64,000 bases of DNA from Shigella phage SHFML-26: sequence record KX130862. One strand, written 5' to 3'. Position numbers and translations under genes: made by a program. Below the pieces are notes generated by a model. That model was not told the DNA's origin, did no database searches, and worked only from the letters and a program-made list of their open reading frames with translations. How positions within the stretch are numbered: the first letter of the stretch is position 1; the number at the start of each line of letters is the position of its first letter. Positions 40,243 through 49,820 of the stretch are shown piece by piece.

Positions 40243-40443
40243 TTAGCTAAACTTTTTGGCACCCTTCCAGCCTTCGTACATCATTGCGACTGACAATGAC
40301 AAAGCTCCTTCACATGCTGCATACTTATTATTCCAGAACCAATTTAGAAAAACTTCATCCTCAATACCATTGTGTTTCATGTTCTGGAAAAATTTGGCGC
40401 GTTCTTCAGCAATTCGCTGCGATAATTTAGATTCAGGATTCAT
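40243..40443 (-). CDS. hypothetical protein
   Basis: ORF track; terminator hairpin at 3' end. Confidence 0.45.
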   Translation of the reverse strand: MNPESKLSQRIAEERAKFFQNMKHNGIEDEVFLNWFWNNKYAACEGALSLSVAMMYEGWKGAKKFS

Positions 40444-40575
40444 TTAAATTTCCCAATTACCATTTTCATCAATAAATTTAATCCAGTCATTTACTGACCA
40501 CTTAGTTGTATCACCTTTTGGAGTAACATTTAAAATATATAGCCCTTGCTTAAAAAGCATTCGTTTGATATTCAT
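40444..40575 (-). CDS. hypothetical small protein
   Basis: ORF track 40444..40659 trimmed to internal Met to avoid overlap. Confidence 0.3.
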   Translation of the reverse strand: MNIKRMLFKQGLYILNVTPKGDTTKWSVNDWIKFIDENGNWEI

Positions 40576-40582
40576 ATTTTCC

Positions 40583-40876
40583 TCAGCTGTAACGATAGCG
40601 CTCGTTTGATTTACGTTTAGCAACTCGTTGAGAAATATTATAATCAAAATCATCGTCAATGTAAACTGATTTTTTCAACTTTCTTACTTCACCACGTAAT
40701 TGACGATTCAATTCATTCTTAACCTCTGAATCAACACCTCGCATACGTCGCCATTTATCTGAGCGAAAAATGTTTTCAACCATATCTTTATGACTTACAC
40801 CATCAGGAGCTTTACGCTTTCCGAAATAGTCATAATCACGCACTTTTAAGTCTTTACGACGATACGTTTTACCCAT
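40583..40876 (-). CDS. hypothetical basic protein
   Basis: ORF track 40583..40921 trimmed to internal Met. Confidence 0.4.
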   Translation of the reverse strand: MGKTYRRKDLKVRDYDYFGKRKAPDGVSHKDMVENIFRSDKWRRMRGVDSEVKNELNRQLRGEVRKLKKSVYIDDDFDYNISQRVAKRKSNERYRYS

Positions 40877-41051
40877 GGAGTTTAATTTCCTTAGCAACTG
40901 AACTAAATACAGCACGGTCACAAATCATGTGTTTATGTAACTTAAGTATAAGATAATAAACATCATAACCATTTACGTAAGTAACGCGAACAGCATTACC
41001 ATTAATAAGATAATACTGTCCCTTTTTAATTTCTTTATCAATCATAACCAT
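40869..41051 (-). CDS. hypothetical protein
   Basis: ORF track; early promoter at 41082-41110. Confidence 0.4.
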   Translation of the reverse strand: MVMIDKEIKKGQYYLINGNAVRVTYVNGYDVYYLILKLHKHMICDRAVFSSVAKEIKLHG

Positions 41052-41177
41052 ATCAATTCCTCAAAGGCAATTCATGTGTTAATAATACCACAGTTTGAGC
41101 TCGTTGTAAACAACTTTGTGAAAATTATTTTAGGGAATGATAAGAAAGGAACGATAGCTTAGAATGGTAATATACAG

Positions 41178-41206
41178 AATGTGAGAAAGAAAGGCCCAGA
41201 GGGCCC
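41178..41206 (-). terminator. intrinsic terminator after nrdH
   Basis: GGGCCCUCUGGGCC then UUUCUUUCU. Confidence 0.5.
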
Positions 41207-41209
41207 GTC

Positions 41210-41533
41210 TTAATCTTCTATGATATCTCTATCATATCCAAGTGAAATGAGAGTTTCTTTGAAGTGTTTAATGTTCTTTTGTCTAGAATCATTAATGAAA
41301 ATGACTGGATAACGAATGTTAAGAGATGTGAATCCAGCGCGTTTAGCAAGAGATACAATCAGCGGACGATCATACTCAATCTTACCGTTATTTGTAAGAA
41401 CTTTATAGAAAGTAAAAGGAGCATTGAGCTCCTTTAGAAGTTTTGTAACTGATTGACATCCAGGACAACGACCTACTTCTTCGGGGATGCCATAGATTTC
41501 AATCTTATTCTTTAAGTTCGAGTTTTGTTCCAC
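41210..41533 (-). CDS. nrdH: glutaredoxin-like protein NrdH (CPGC active site)
   Basis: CPGC motif; start placed at GTG 41531-41533 behind AAGGAA because upstream ORF overlaps first 52 codons. Confidence 0.55.
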   Translation of the reverse strand: MEQNSNLKNKIEIYGIPEEVGRCPGCQSVTKLLKELNAPFTFYKVLTNNGKIEYDRPLIVSLAKRAGFTSLNIRYPVIFINDSRQKNIKHFKETLISLGYDRDIIED

Positions 41534-41816
41534 GAGAAATAATTCCTTGATAAGCCCAGTATGGCGGGTTAACAGAATCCTCACCAGAGTTTTCTTCAGG
41601 AAAATAAACCTGGATAACGAAGCCGGATTCATCAAAGGTGAAATAAGTAGTAGGCAGTTCACCTAACAAATCGGCACGAGCGTTGATTTCTTCGAGGTCT
41701 TGTTCACGTCCAGCCCAGAAGCTTGGGTTCAGACTACATTCATAGAAATAATAGTCATTACCGAACATATCAAAACCATTCCAACTCTCTACTACATACC
41801 GCTCAAAACTAATCAT
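41505..41816 (-). CDS. hypothetical protein
   Basis: ORF track. Confidence 0.45.
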   Translation of the reverse strand: MISFERYVVESWNGFDMFGNDYYFYECSLNPSFWAGREQDLEEINARADLLGELPTTYFTFDESGFVIQVYFPEENSGEDSVNPPYWAYQGIISRGTKLELKE

Positions 41817-41818
41817 AA

Positions 41819-42034
41819 TTAAGCCTTTTTATCAAGAACAGCATTCAGCTTGTTAGTAATTTTATCCAGACGCTCATTAAACTCACTAGAAGATAAGCCC
41901 TTTTCTGGAGAAATTAAACTAATCACGAAAAATATAGCAATAAAAGGAATAAGGAAAATAGCTCCAACTGCCATAAACAGAAAGAATGTTACAGTTGTAA
42001 GAAAATCAGCTAAACCTTTACGAAATTTATACAT
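41819..42034 (-). CDS. small membrane protein
   Basis: ORF track; one hydrophobic segment. Confidence 0.45.
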   Translation of the reverse strand: MYKFRKGLADFLTTVTFFLFMAVGAIFLIPFIAIFFVISLISPEKGLSSSEFNERLDKITNKLNAVLDKKA

Positions 42035-42149
42035 ATTTTACCCTTAATTAATTAACCAAGCATTGATAAGCACTAAACTATATTGGGAATAAAATTCTGG
42101 ACCAAAATGAAAAATCATATCATTTATAGTATCCATAATGTAATTCAGT

Positions 42150-42620
42150 TTAATCATGTTTCCACACCCCATCGGTATTTGACCAAAGTCGCTGATTATC
42201 TGATCCTCGCCACAGCTTTTTAGTCGGAAGATTTTTCTCATACTTCCCATCAATAATAACATCAACATATTTAAGCATTTCTAGCTGTTTAATATCTTCA
42301 AACTTATATCCTGTCCACAACCAAATGCTTTTATTGGGATAAAGATTTTTAATAGTTTGAACCACAGAGTGAATCACGTCTCTGTTATCAGGATAAAGAG
42401 GGTCTCCTCCAGTTATAGTTAATCCTTCTATATAATCATTATTCAAACATTCAATCAATTGTTCTAGTGTTTCACCGGTGAATGGAATACCATTTCTAGC
42501 ATTCCATGTTGATTTATTATAACACCCTTCACATTTATGCAAACAACCTGTAACGAAAAGAACAGTTCTGCAACCAGGGCCATTCACAAAGCAGCACGGG
42601 TATATTCTGTCATAATTCAT
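42150..42620 (-). CDS. nrdG: anaerobic ribonucleotide reductase activating protein NrdG (radical SAM)
   Basis: Cys-rich radical-SAM-like cluster; start moved to MNYDRIY (ATGA overlap with upstream gene). Confidence 0.8.
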   Translation of the reverse strand: MNYDRIYPCCFVNGPGCRTVLFVTGCLHKCEGCYNKSTWNARNGIPFTGETLEQLIECLNNDYIEGLTITGGDPLYPDNRDVIHSVVQTIKNLYPNKSIWLWTGYKFEDIKQLEMLKYVDVIIDGKYEKNLPTKKLWRGSDNQRLWSNTDGVWKHD

Positions 42621-43447
42621 AATAATATCCAATTTTTCCAAGCTTCATCAGTAGAATTACAGCGTTTTAGTATAAGATGTCTAGAAACTTTTATGGCATT
42701 TGAGCACTTTTTAATTGAATCATATTTAATACCGTCAACTGAAACGGTTTTGCTAGTTGGAGAAATTTTTCCATACATTGGATTTTTTGAACCAACTTGA
42801 AGTCCTTTTAAAGCTTTTGAAAGCTTTTGTCTAGATTCCAATGACATGGGAGAATTCTTTTTACCTTCAATAATTCGCTTGCGATGAAGTTCGCGTTCTT
42901 CTTCACTCAAAGAATTGTAATATTTTTTAACACCGTTTGATATAGATAATTTATCTTTCTCAGACCGCTCTCCAGCTAATTTACTTCTAACATCTTTTCG
43001 CTTCATAGCTATGCTTACGGCTTTATTTAAATTTGCTTGATGCTCTGGCGTACGTTTATATTTCTTTAAAGCACGTGAAATAGCTATTTTAGTTTCTTCT
43101 GTTCTCTTTTTACCTTTATTTGCTAAACTATTTTTGTGGCGATGTTCAAGTGTCTGTTCATAGGCAGTTCCACCTTTTCCACCAGGTTTAATATTATATG
43201 TATTTTCTTTTAGACAATACTCTTCAGTTACAAGTTCAGCTTCTTTATCATACATTTGCTTTTCATTATCAAAAACATATAAAATTTCTTTATAAAAATT
43301 TTTTCTACCATATTTTAATAAAGCAGCACGAATCAATGTTCCTGATCCCATATAACCGTCATTTATATTATCGGTGCTATGCGCACCGATATATTCCTTT
43401 GAATTAATTATATTTGTTATTTTATAAATTATATAATACCTATGCAT
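42617..43447 (-). CDS. free-standing GIY-YIG homing endonuclease
   Basis: N-terminal GIY-YIG motifs (YYIIYKITN...EYIGAHS...YMGSG); overlaps nrdG start and nrdD end. Confidence 0.7.
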   Translation of the reverse strand: MHRYYIIYKITNIINSKEYIGAHSTDNINDGYMGSGTLIRAALLKYGRKNFYKEILYVFDNEKQMYDKEAELVTEEYCLKENTYNIKPGGKGGTAYEQTLEHRHKNSLANKGKKRTEETKIAISRALKKYKRTPEHQANLNKAVSIAMKRKDVRSKLAGERSEKDKLSISNGVKKYYNSLSEEERELHRKRIIEGKKNSPMSLESRQKLSKALKGLQVGSKNPMYGKISPTSKTVSVDGIKYDSIKKCSNAIKVSRHLILKRCNSTDEAWKNWILL

Positions 43448-45257
43448 GTTTTACTCGTTTTACCATTTCTTTCATTTTACCTAAATTCCATGGAACAACG
43501 CTAGGAGTTCCAAGATATCCGCATGTTCTTCTTATTGTATTCATCTTTTTAGGATCAGTTTCTCCACAAATAGAACAAACAAATCCGTTTTCAGTAGGAG
43601 TCATTTCATGGGTACTTCCGCATGTAAAACACTTATCTACTGGCATGTTAACACCAAAATAATCTAAATGTTGTACAGCATAATCCCATACAGCCTCAAG
43701 ACCTTTTAGGTTATTTTTCATATCAGGAAGTTCAACATAAGAAATGTGACCACCTGTCGCAATGAAATGATATGGCGCTTCACGAGAAATTTTTTCAAAC
43801 GGAGTAATATTTTCTTCTACTGAAACGTGGAAACTATTAGTGTACCAGCCTTTATCGGTAACATCTTTTACACTTCCATATTTTTCTGTATCAAGTTTAC
43901 AGAAGCGATAACAAAGGTTTTCAGCAGGAGTCGAATATAAACTAAAAGCAAATCCAGTTCTTTCAGTCCACTGTTTAAGATGAGCATTCATTTTAGTTAA
44001 AATTTCTTGTCCAATATCACGACCGACAAGAATATTCAATTCGTGAATACCAATGTATCCTAGGGACACTGAACTTCTACCATTTTTAAATAACTCAATT
44101 ATATCGTCATCAGGTTTAAGACGAACCCCGAATGCACCTTCTTGGTAAAGAATAGGAGCAACAGTCGCTTTAACTCCTTTTAAGGAACTAATTCTACACA
44201 TCAAAGCTTCAAAACATAAATCCATTCGTTCATTGAATAATTCAACAAATTTCTGTTCATTGAACTGTGTTCCAATATAAGAATCTAACGCGATGCGAGG
44301 AAGATTCAGTGTTACAACACCAAGATTATTACGTCCATCAAGAATTTCATTACCAGTCGAATCTTTCCATACGCTCAAGAAACTACGGCAACCCATTGGA
44401 GAAACAGGAATAGATGAACCAGTGATAGCTTTATTGTTCTTAGCTGAAATAATATCAGGATACATTCTTTTGCTTGCACACTCTAGAGCAAGCTGCTTAA
44501 TATCATAGTTCGGATCGTCTTTATAAAGATTAACACCTTCTTCAACAAACATAACAAGCTTAGGGAAAATAGGAGTTATCCCATCACGACCAAGACCTTT
44601 AATACGATTTTTCAGAATTGCTTTCTGAATCATTCGTTCAGTCCAGTCAGTTCCTGTACCAAATGTAATTGTTACAAAAGGAGTCTGTCCGTTTGAACTA
44701 AAGAGAGTATTTACTTCATATTCATAAGCTTGGAATGCATCGTATACGTCTTTTTCTGTTTTAGATTGAGCATAATTTAACGCATCAGCGATTTGCCATT
44801 TTTCTGCATCCTCAATATGTTTTGCATAGGTGCGTTTAACATAAGGAGAAAGTACTTTATCTACATTAGCAAAAGTCGTTCCGCCGTATTGGTGAGAAGC
44901 AACCTGTGCAGTAATTTGTGCCATAATTGCAGTAGCAACGCCAATTGATTTAGGAGTTTCAATCTGCGCATTACCTAGCTTAAATCCGTTCTCAAGCATT
45001 CCTTTTAAATCTACTAAACAGCAATTAGTAAATGGAAGAGCAGGGGAATAATCAATATCGTGGAAATGAATAATTCCGCTTTCATGCGCTTTCATAATAA
45101 AAGACGGGACCATATTTTTGGCAATGTGTTTAGACACAATACCAGCCATAAGGTCCCGTTGAGTTGGAAAAACACGAGAATCTTTATTAGCATTCTCGTT
45201 TAAAAGGTCTTTATTAGTTTTATGAATCAATCCTTCAATTTCTTTTTCAATTGTCAT
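43440..45257 (-). CDS. nrdD: anaerobic ribonucleoside-triphosphate reductase NrdD (intronless)
   Basis: 605 aa; C-terminal glycyl-radical region and Cys-rich zinc site; continuous ORF. Confidence 0.9.
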   Translation of the reverse strand: MTIEKEIEGLIHKTNKDLLNENANKDSRVFPTQRDLMAGIVSKHIAKNMVPSFIMKAHESGIIHFHDIDYSPALPFTNCCLVDLKGMLENGFKLGNAQIETPKSIGVATAIMAQITAQVASHQYGGTTFANVDKVLSPYVKRTYAKHIEDAEKWQIADALNYAQSKTEKDVYDAFQAYEYEVNTLFSSNGQTPFVTITFGTGTDWTERMIQKAILKNRIKGLGRDGITPIFPKLVMFVEEGVNLYKDDPNYDIKQLALECASKRMYPDIISAKNNKAITGSSIPVSPMGCRSFLSVWKDSTGNEILDGRNNLGVVTLNLPRIALDSYIGTQFNEQKFVELFNERMDLCFEALMCRISSLKGVKATVAPILYQEGAFGVRLKPDDDIIELFKNGRSSVSLGYIGIHELNILVGRDIGQEILTKMNAHLKQWTERTGFAFSLYSTPAENLCYRFCKLDTEKYGSVKDVTDKGWYTNSFHVSVEENITPFEKISREAPYHFIATGGHISYVELPDMKNNLKGLEAVWDYAVQHLDYFGVNMPVDKCFTCGSTHEMTPTENGFVCSICGETDPKKMNTIRRTCGYLGTPSVVPWNLGKMKEMVKRVKHA

Positions 45258-45727
45258 TTTAAACTCTTTCTAAGCTGCTTCTTAAATGAAGCTATTAACT
45301 GTGTTTTGGTGTCAGATTCATTATATTCAAATCCTCTTTGAAGCATCTCGGCCATCATTTCCTCTTTTCCTAAACGAGAAAATTCCTTTGATTTATCTCC
45401 AACAAAGTTAGGGTGAATATTATTTTGGGTGTAATCGGATTTTAAATAAGTAAGTAAATTTTCTAACCATTCAAGATAATCAACACCTTGACCCTTTAAG
45501 CCAGAACGATTAAATTTGTGCTTCATTTGACCTTCTGCAGCATTGCAGAGATTACAAAGCAATCCACGTACCTTTCCTGCTTTTGGTCCATTTAATTCAT
45601 GGTCATGATCGAGGTGATTAGATTGAACATCAGGATTTAATTCTCGTTGGCAAATTAAGCATTTACCGTTTTGTGCATCATAAAATTTCTGTTTTTCTTC
45701 TTTGTATAATTTGCCAGTCAATAACAT
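45254..45727 (-). CDS. 49: endonuclease VII (gene 49), Holliday junction resolvase
   Basis: 157 aa; CxxC...H-N-H-like zinc motif; recognised sequence. Confidence 0.85.
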   Translation of the reverse strand: MLLTGKLYKEEKQKFYDAQNGKCLICQRELNPDVQSNHLDHDHELNGPKAGKVRGLLCNLCNAAEGQMKHKFNRSGLKGQGVDYLEWLENLLTYLKSDYTQNNIHPNFVGDKSKEFSRLGKEEMMAEMLQRGFEYNESDTKTQLIASFKKQLRKSLK

Positions 45728-45767
45728 AATAAAACCCTTACCTTAAATAGATAAGGGTATTTATTAT

Positions 45768-45944
45768 TTAAGTATTGTAAAACATTCGATGCAATCGTTT
45801 ATACTGTCGAATCATCTTTTTAGTAGGACGAGAATAGGTTCCTACGCAAGTGGTCATATGAGGGTCCGTAGAATGTCCTTTAATAAAAAGTTTCCAAACC
45901 TTACCGCCATTTAACTTTTCAGTATAAACCAATTCGGTTTTCAT
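45768..45944 (-). CDS. small protein (58 aa) sharing C-terminus MIRQYKRLH.MFYNT with next gene
   Basis: Own translation; below ORF-track cutoff. Confidence 0.3.
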   Translation of the reverse strand: MKTELVYTEKLNGGKVWKLFIKGHSTDPHMTTCVGTYSRPTKKMIRQYKRLHRMFYNT

Positions 45945-45980
45945 TAAAATGCCTTGTCAGAAAAAGAATTTTGAGTTTTT

Positions 45981-46484
45981 TCAAGTATTATAAAACATTT
46001 GATGCAATCGCTTATATTGCCGAATCATTTGGTCAGAAAAAGAATTTTGTGTTTCAAGCCATTCAATGTACTCTGCGGCAGCTTGCATTAAATTTCCTTC
46101 ATAACCATCAATATCTTTTTTCAATGCCACTTTAGCTAATGCATATGAAATACGTTCACCTTGAAAAGCGGCTTTAGGCTTCTGAGCATCTTGGCTAGTT
46201 CTCTCTACAACTTCTTCAATTTCGCCATTTTCAACGGATTCAGTATTCCACAAGCACCAATACGTAATTGGCTTATCATAGATGTTAATAATCTTTCCGT
46301 CGGAAAGTTCAATTTCAATAATTCCAGTATCAGGCTCTATATCATCTTCACATTCTTTTGTAAGTTCACGAACTTTAAAGACAGTACCTGCACTAAGTTC
46401 CGGCCAGTAATTACATAGCCCTGTATCAACACGATTAATTCTAAACCACTTATCTACTGTAATCATGTCCCATCTCCATATCAA
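45981..46484 (-). CDS. hypothetical protein (pin position)
   Basis: 167-aa ORF after gene 49; assignment by position only. Confidence 0.4.
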   Translation of the reverse strand: MIWRWDMITVDKWFRINRVDTGLCNYWPELSAGTVFKVRELTKECEDDIEPDTGIIEIELSDGKIINIYDKPITYWCLWNTESVENGEIEEVVERTSQDAQKPKAAFQGERISYALAKVALKKDIDGYEGNLMQAAAEYIEWLETQNSFSDQMIRQYKRLHQMFYNT

Positions 46485-46588
46485 TTAAGTCATTTATCGT
46501 TGGTTCATTATATACTGTTTCTTCATCAGTGTAAACCGGTTCTTCCGGCTCTGGCTCTACAGTTTCCCATCTAGCCGCCCACCAGGGT

Positions 46589-46798
46589 TTAACCCCGAAG
46601 CTTATTAAGTTCTTCATAATCAATCCAGGATTCTAGTCCTGATGGCAAATCAGATTCAATTTCCCAAAGAAGCTCTTCAATTTTCTGAAGACGATCTAGT
46701 TCTTCAGCTGGAATAGTAACCATTGATGGAGTTCTTGATACACTAATATCGTAAATCATATTTACCCCAGTTTGACCATGCAATCGCCGTATTTCCAC
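46589..46798 (-). CDS. hypothetical protein
   Basis: ORF track. Confidence 0.4.
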   Translation of the reverse strand: MEIRRLHGQTGVNMIYDISVSRTPSMVTIPAEELDRLQKIEELLWEIESDLPSGLESWIDYEELNKLRG

Positions 46799-46977
46799 TT
46801 AGAAATAGACTTTTCGCCATTAGAATAATAAACTTCGAGTTTAGCACGGTTATTTTTAATTTGAATAACCTTGGCTGTCATTAAAGTTCCATACCCATAG
46901 TAAACTGCAACTTCATCACCTACATATACCGCGCTTCCGCGGTAATCATGGATATAATCAGTTCCTTCGAGCATCAT
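46762..46977 (-). CDS. hypothetical protein
   Basis: ORF track. Confidence 0.4.
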   Translation of the reverse strand: MMLEGTDYIHDYRGSAVYVGDEVAVYYGYGTLMTAKVIQIKNNRAKLEVYYSNGEKSISKWKYGDCMVKLG

Positions 46978-47237
46978 TTAAAGTATTCCCGCAATTGGTC
47001 AAATCCACCAATATGACTTCCATCAGGAGCAAATACCTGAGGCATTGTTAAGCCGATTTGAGTATCACGACCTAGTTTAGTCAGAAGCTCAGCGATTTTC
47101 TCATCATCAAAAACACCTTTTTCCGGCATAATGTTGATAAATTCAAACGGCTGTTTCTTCACGGTCAAAAGACGTTTTGCATTATCGCAATACACGCATT
47201 TGTGGATGTTGCTATCATAACCATATACTTTAAACAT
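46974..47237 (-). CDS. nrdC: glutaredoxin/thioredoxin NrdC (CVYC)
   Basis: 87 aa, CVYC active site. Confidence 0.8.
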   Translation of the reverse strand: MFKVYGYDSNIHKCVYCDNAKRLLTVKKQPFEFINIMPEKGVFDDEKIAELLTKLGRDTQIGLTMPQVFAPDGSHIGGFDQLREYFK

Positions 47238-47238
47238 A

Positions 47239-47481
47239 TTATTCCTTAATTCCTAATACTTGTTTAAAAGTCTCGTCGTAATCAAGACTTTGGCCTGTTT
47301 GTTCTTTATGTTTGTATATAATATCACTTACTTCTGATAGCATATTTTTATATGAACGAGTTAAAGCAGATTTAAGCACGCTGTATCTATCAGGAAATTT
47401 ACCGTGTTCATTATAATAAGCTATTGCTAATTCACGGACTGCCTTTTCAGCAGCCTCCATATATTCTTTACGCTTTGTCAT
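47239..47481 (-). CDS. hypothetical protein
   Basis: ORF track 47239..47622 trimmed to internal Met ([13 protein letters not shown]). Confidence 0.4.
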   Translation of the reverse strand: MTKRKEYMEAAEKAVRELAIAYYNEHGKFPDRYSVLKSALTRSYKNMLSEVSDIIYKHKEQTGQSLDYDETFKQVLGIKE

Positions 47482-47782
47482 TTTCTTCTCGGTCAAATCG
47501 GTGTTTACAATGGCGACATTTATAACGAAGATTACTAGTCTGCCAATGGACCAATTGCACCTGTTCAGTTCCACATTCAGGGCAATTAGGAACGTTTTTA
47601 GAAGCACGTTCGCGGCGTTCAACCATGACCATTACAGAATCCCAATTAATAGGGCTGCTATAATCATCACAACCATGAATCTTTCCACGCATTTCCAAAT
47701 CGTCTTCTTCACCGGCCATAATAATTTTAATTAAACTGGAATTACTTGAAGCTGCAATGTCTTCTAATAGACGCTTTTTCAT
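47468..47782 (-). CDS. zinc-ribbon protein
   Basis: CPECG...CRHCKH motif. Confidence 0.5.
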   Translation of the reverse strand: MKKRLLEDIAASSNSSLIKIIMAGEEDDLEMRGKIHGCDDYSSPINWDSVMVMVERRERASKNVPNCPECGTEQVQLVHWQTSNLRYKCRHCKHRFDREENDKA

Positions 47783-48708
47783 TTCAATACCTCAATAGCA
47801 TTACGTAAACCATTTGCTTTTGCATTAAGAGCTTTTAACAATTTGGTGTGTTCTGCAATTTGGGCTTCAACTTCAATCAAACGAGCATTGAGATATTCGC
47901 GTTCTTCACTCAGATTATCAGCCTTTTCTGCTTTAGGTTCTTTTACAACTTGCTTATATGTATTAGGGTTCTTCAGTTTAATTAGAATGCGTGAACTGTA
48001 CAGCATTGAACCATTATCTTCGGTTTCGTCATACATTTCCACTACGTCCATCATCTCCACCATCGTGCAGAGTTTATAAGACAACGAACGAATAATTTTG
48101 TTGTGCTTATTAATTTCTCTAGCTGTCATGGTGCCGAGATTACGTGAGTAATAATAAGGAACCTGGATATTAATTAATACTGATGAACCACCTGGCTTGT
48201 GTGTTACTTCATCAGCAATAACCCAATCCTTAACATGAACTGTATTTGTACGGTCATCGCCCGCGGTAAATAGTTTACGAGCATGCTTAAAAAGCATATT
48301 CACTTGGTCATTGAATTGACAAGCGAATTTATCAGCAAATTTAGTTTCGGGAATGGTAGATAACCAATCAGCCAAATGGGTCCTTTTAACATCGTTAACA
48401 ATAGTAAATTCAACCAAATCGGTTATAGATGTCTCAGATTTAATGAAGCTCGGCTTCATAAAGTTTTTAATGTTATCACTAGCTACAGTAGAAGATAACA
48501 GACGAGAACGTTTAAACCATTGAAGCAAATTGCCTAACGAATGAGAATAAGCGTTCTGAGTATCTTTACAGATATGATTTTCCTGGCCAACATATTGAAG
48601 GAAATCACGAAGAATATTATTGATTACTGCCCTGTGTCCTATCTGATAATTACGATGTTTAGTAATAAGACTGTCAAAATAATCAATATAATGTTTACGA
48701 GTTTTCAT
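47779..48708 (-). CDS. hypothetical protein with C-terminal coiled coil (array member 1 of 4)
   Basis: ORF track; heptad-like tail. Confidence 0.55.
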   Translation of the reverse strand: MKTRKHYIDYFDSLITKHRNYQIGHRAVINNILRDFLQYVGQENHICKDTQNAYSHSLGNLLQWFKRSRLLSSTVASDNIKNFMKPSFIKSETSITDLVEFTIVNDVKRTHLADWLSTIPETKFADKFACQFNDQVNMLFKHARKLFTAGDDRTNTVHVKDWVIADEVTHKPGGSSVLINIQVPYYYSRNLGTMTAREINKHNKIIRSLSYKLCTMVEMMDVVEMYDETEDNGSMLYSSRILIKLKNPNTYKQVVKEPKAEKADNLSEEREYLNARLIEVEAQIAEHTKLLKALNAKANGLRNAIEVLK

Positions 48709-48760
48709 GTTCTTCTCACTTTGTTAATGGTTTATACTCCGAGCCATCCTTGGCTTTAAA

Positions 48761-49762
48761 TTACTTAATTAACTGTAAAGCTTGTTCAAGACGATCCAGG
48801 CGATTAACAGATTCTTCCCAAATCCTTTTAGCCTGCTCATATTCTTTCTGTGCTTTATTAGAAATTTCTAGAACTTCTTTATAAGCTTTTTCTAGTGCAA
48901 TAACTTCTGGACGAATTTCTATCGGTTCAGGTGAATCGTCAAGACATTCCATTAGTTCCTCAAGGGTAGTTTCTTCTTTAGGAGTATTCACAATTTCATC
49001 ACATTTTTGTTGGTAAATTTCTTTATCAGTCGGTGAGTACGCGCACTTTACTTCACGAAGACTAACTACAATTTTATATCCTTCCCAACCACCCATATTT
49101 TTGAAAGGATATGTATGAATACTTTTTACAGTTTCCATACAATCCAAAGCCGTCTCTAATTGATGAGTTATAGTGCTAGCAATTGAGAAAAATTTATTAA
49201 TATTCTTTTGGTTAGCTTCTGGTGTAAAAAATTCGTAATTCACAAAAATAGCTACTTTATTTTTATCAAGCTCATATTCTTTTACGATAATCATATCAGA
49301 AGCCAAAGGATGAATTTGACGATAATCGCCATAACATAATTTAGAAGCTGATTTTAGAATTTGTCCTTTAAAAAGTCTGAAATTACTAATCCAACGACGA
49401 GTAAAAATATTCTTAGGGTCTTCTTTGATATTAAGATGATAAGAATTAACATCACCGAACCAATTGTATCCTATTACACCTTTAGTTCGTTTAATTTCTT
49501 TCCCAAAATTATCAAGAATATCCCGATTAACCAAATATGAAAGAAGACGAGACCCTTTAAAGGTTTTCTTGATAACATCTTTATCTACACGGCTAGAAAT
49601 TTTACGAATTTCATGAATAAATTTAGTAGAAGAAACAATACTTGCATCAATACTACTGAGCCATTGATTGATAATAGAAAGAACAGCGTTCTGACTAGAC
49701 ATGGGTTTAACTTTATCATCAATAACCCTATTGAATGATTTGATATATTCGTTACGAGTCAT
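48761..49762 (-). CDS. hypothetical protein with C-terminal coiled coil (array member 2 of 4)
   Basis: Start moved to MTRNEYIKS behind GAGGAG because early promoter -10 overlaps track start. Confidence 0.55.
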   Translation of the reverse strand: MTRNEYIKSFNRVIDDKVKPMSSQNAVLSIINQWLSSIDASIVSSTKFIHEIRKISSRVDKDVIKKTFKGSRLLSYLVNRDILDNFGKEIKRTKGVIGYNWFGDVNSYHLNIKEDPKNIFTRRWISNFRLFKGQILKSASKLCYGDYRQIHPLASDMIIVKEYELDKNKVAIFVNYEFFTPEANQKNINKFFSIASTITHQLETALDCMETVKSIHTYPFKNMGGWEGYKIVVSLREVKCAYSPTDKEIYQQKCDEIVNTPKEETTLEELMECLDDSPEPIEIRPEVIALEKAYKEVLEISNKAQKEYEQAKRIWEESVNRLDRLEQALQLIK

Positions 49763-49790
49763 ATTAATCTCCTCAGTAGAAAGTAAGAAC

Positions 49791-49820
49791 ATTATACCAC
49801 ATCCTTGTGGAAAAGTAAAC
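49791..49820 (-). promoter_or_regulatory. T4-type early promoter inside coiled-coil gene array
   Basis: GTTTAC ... TATAAT. Confidence 0.55.
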
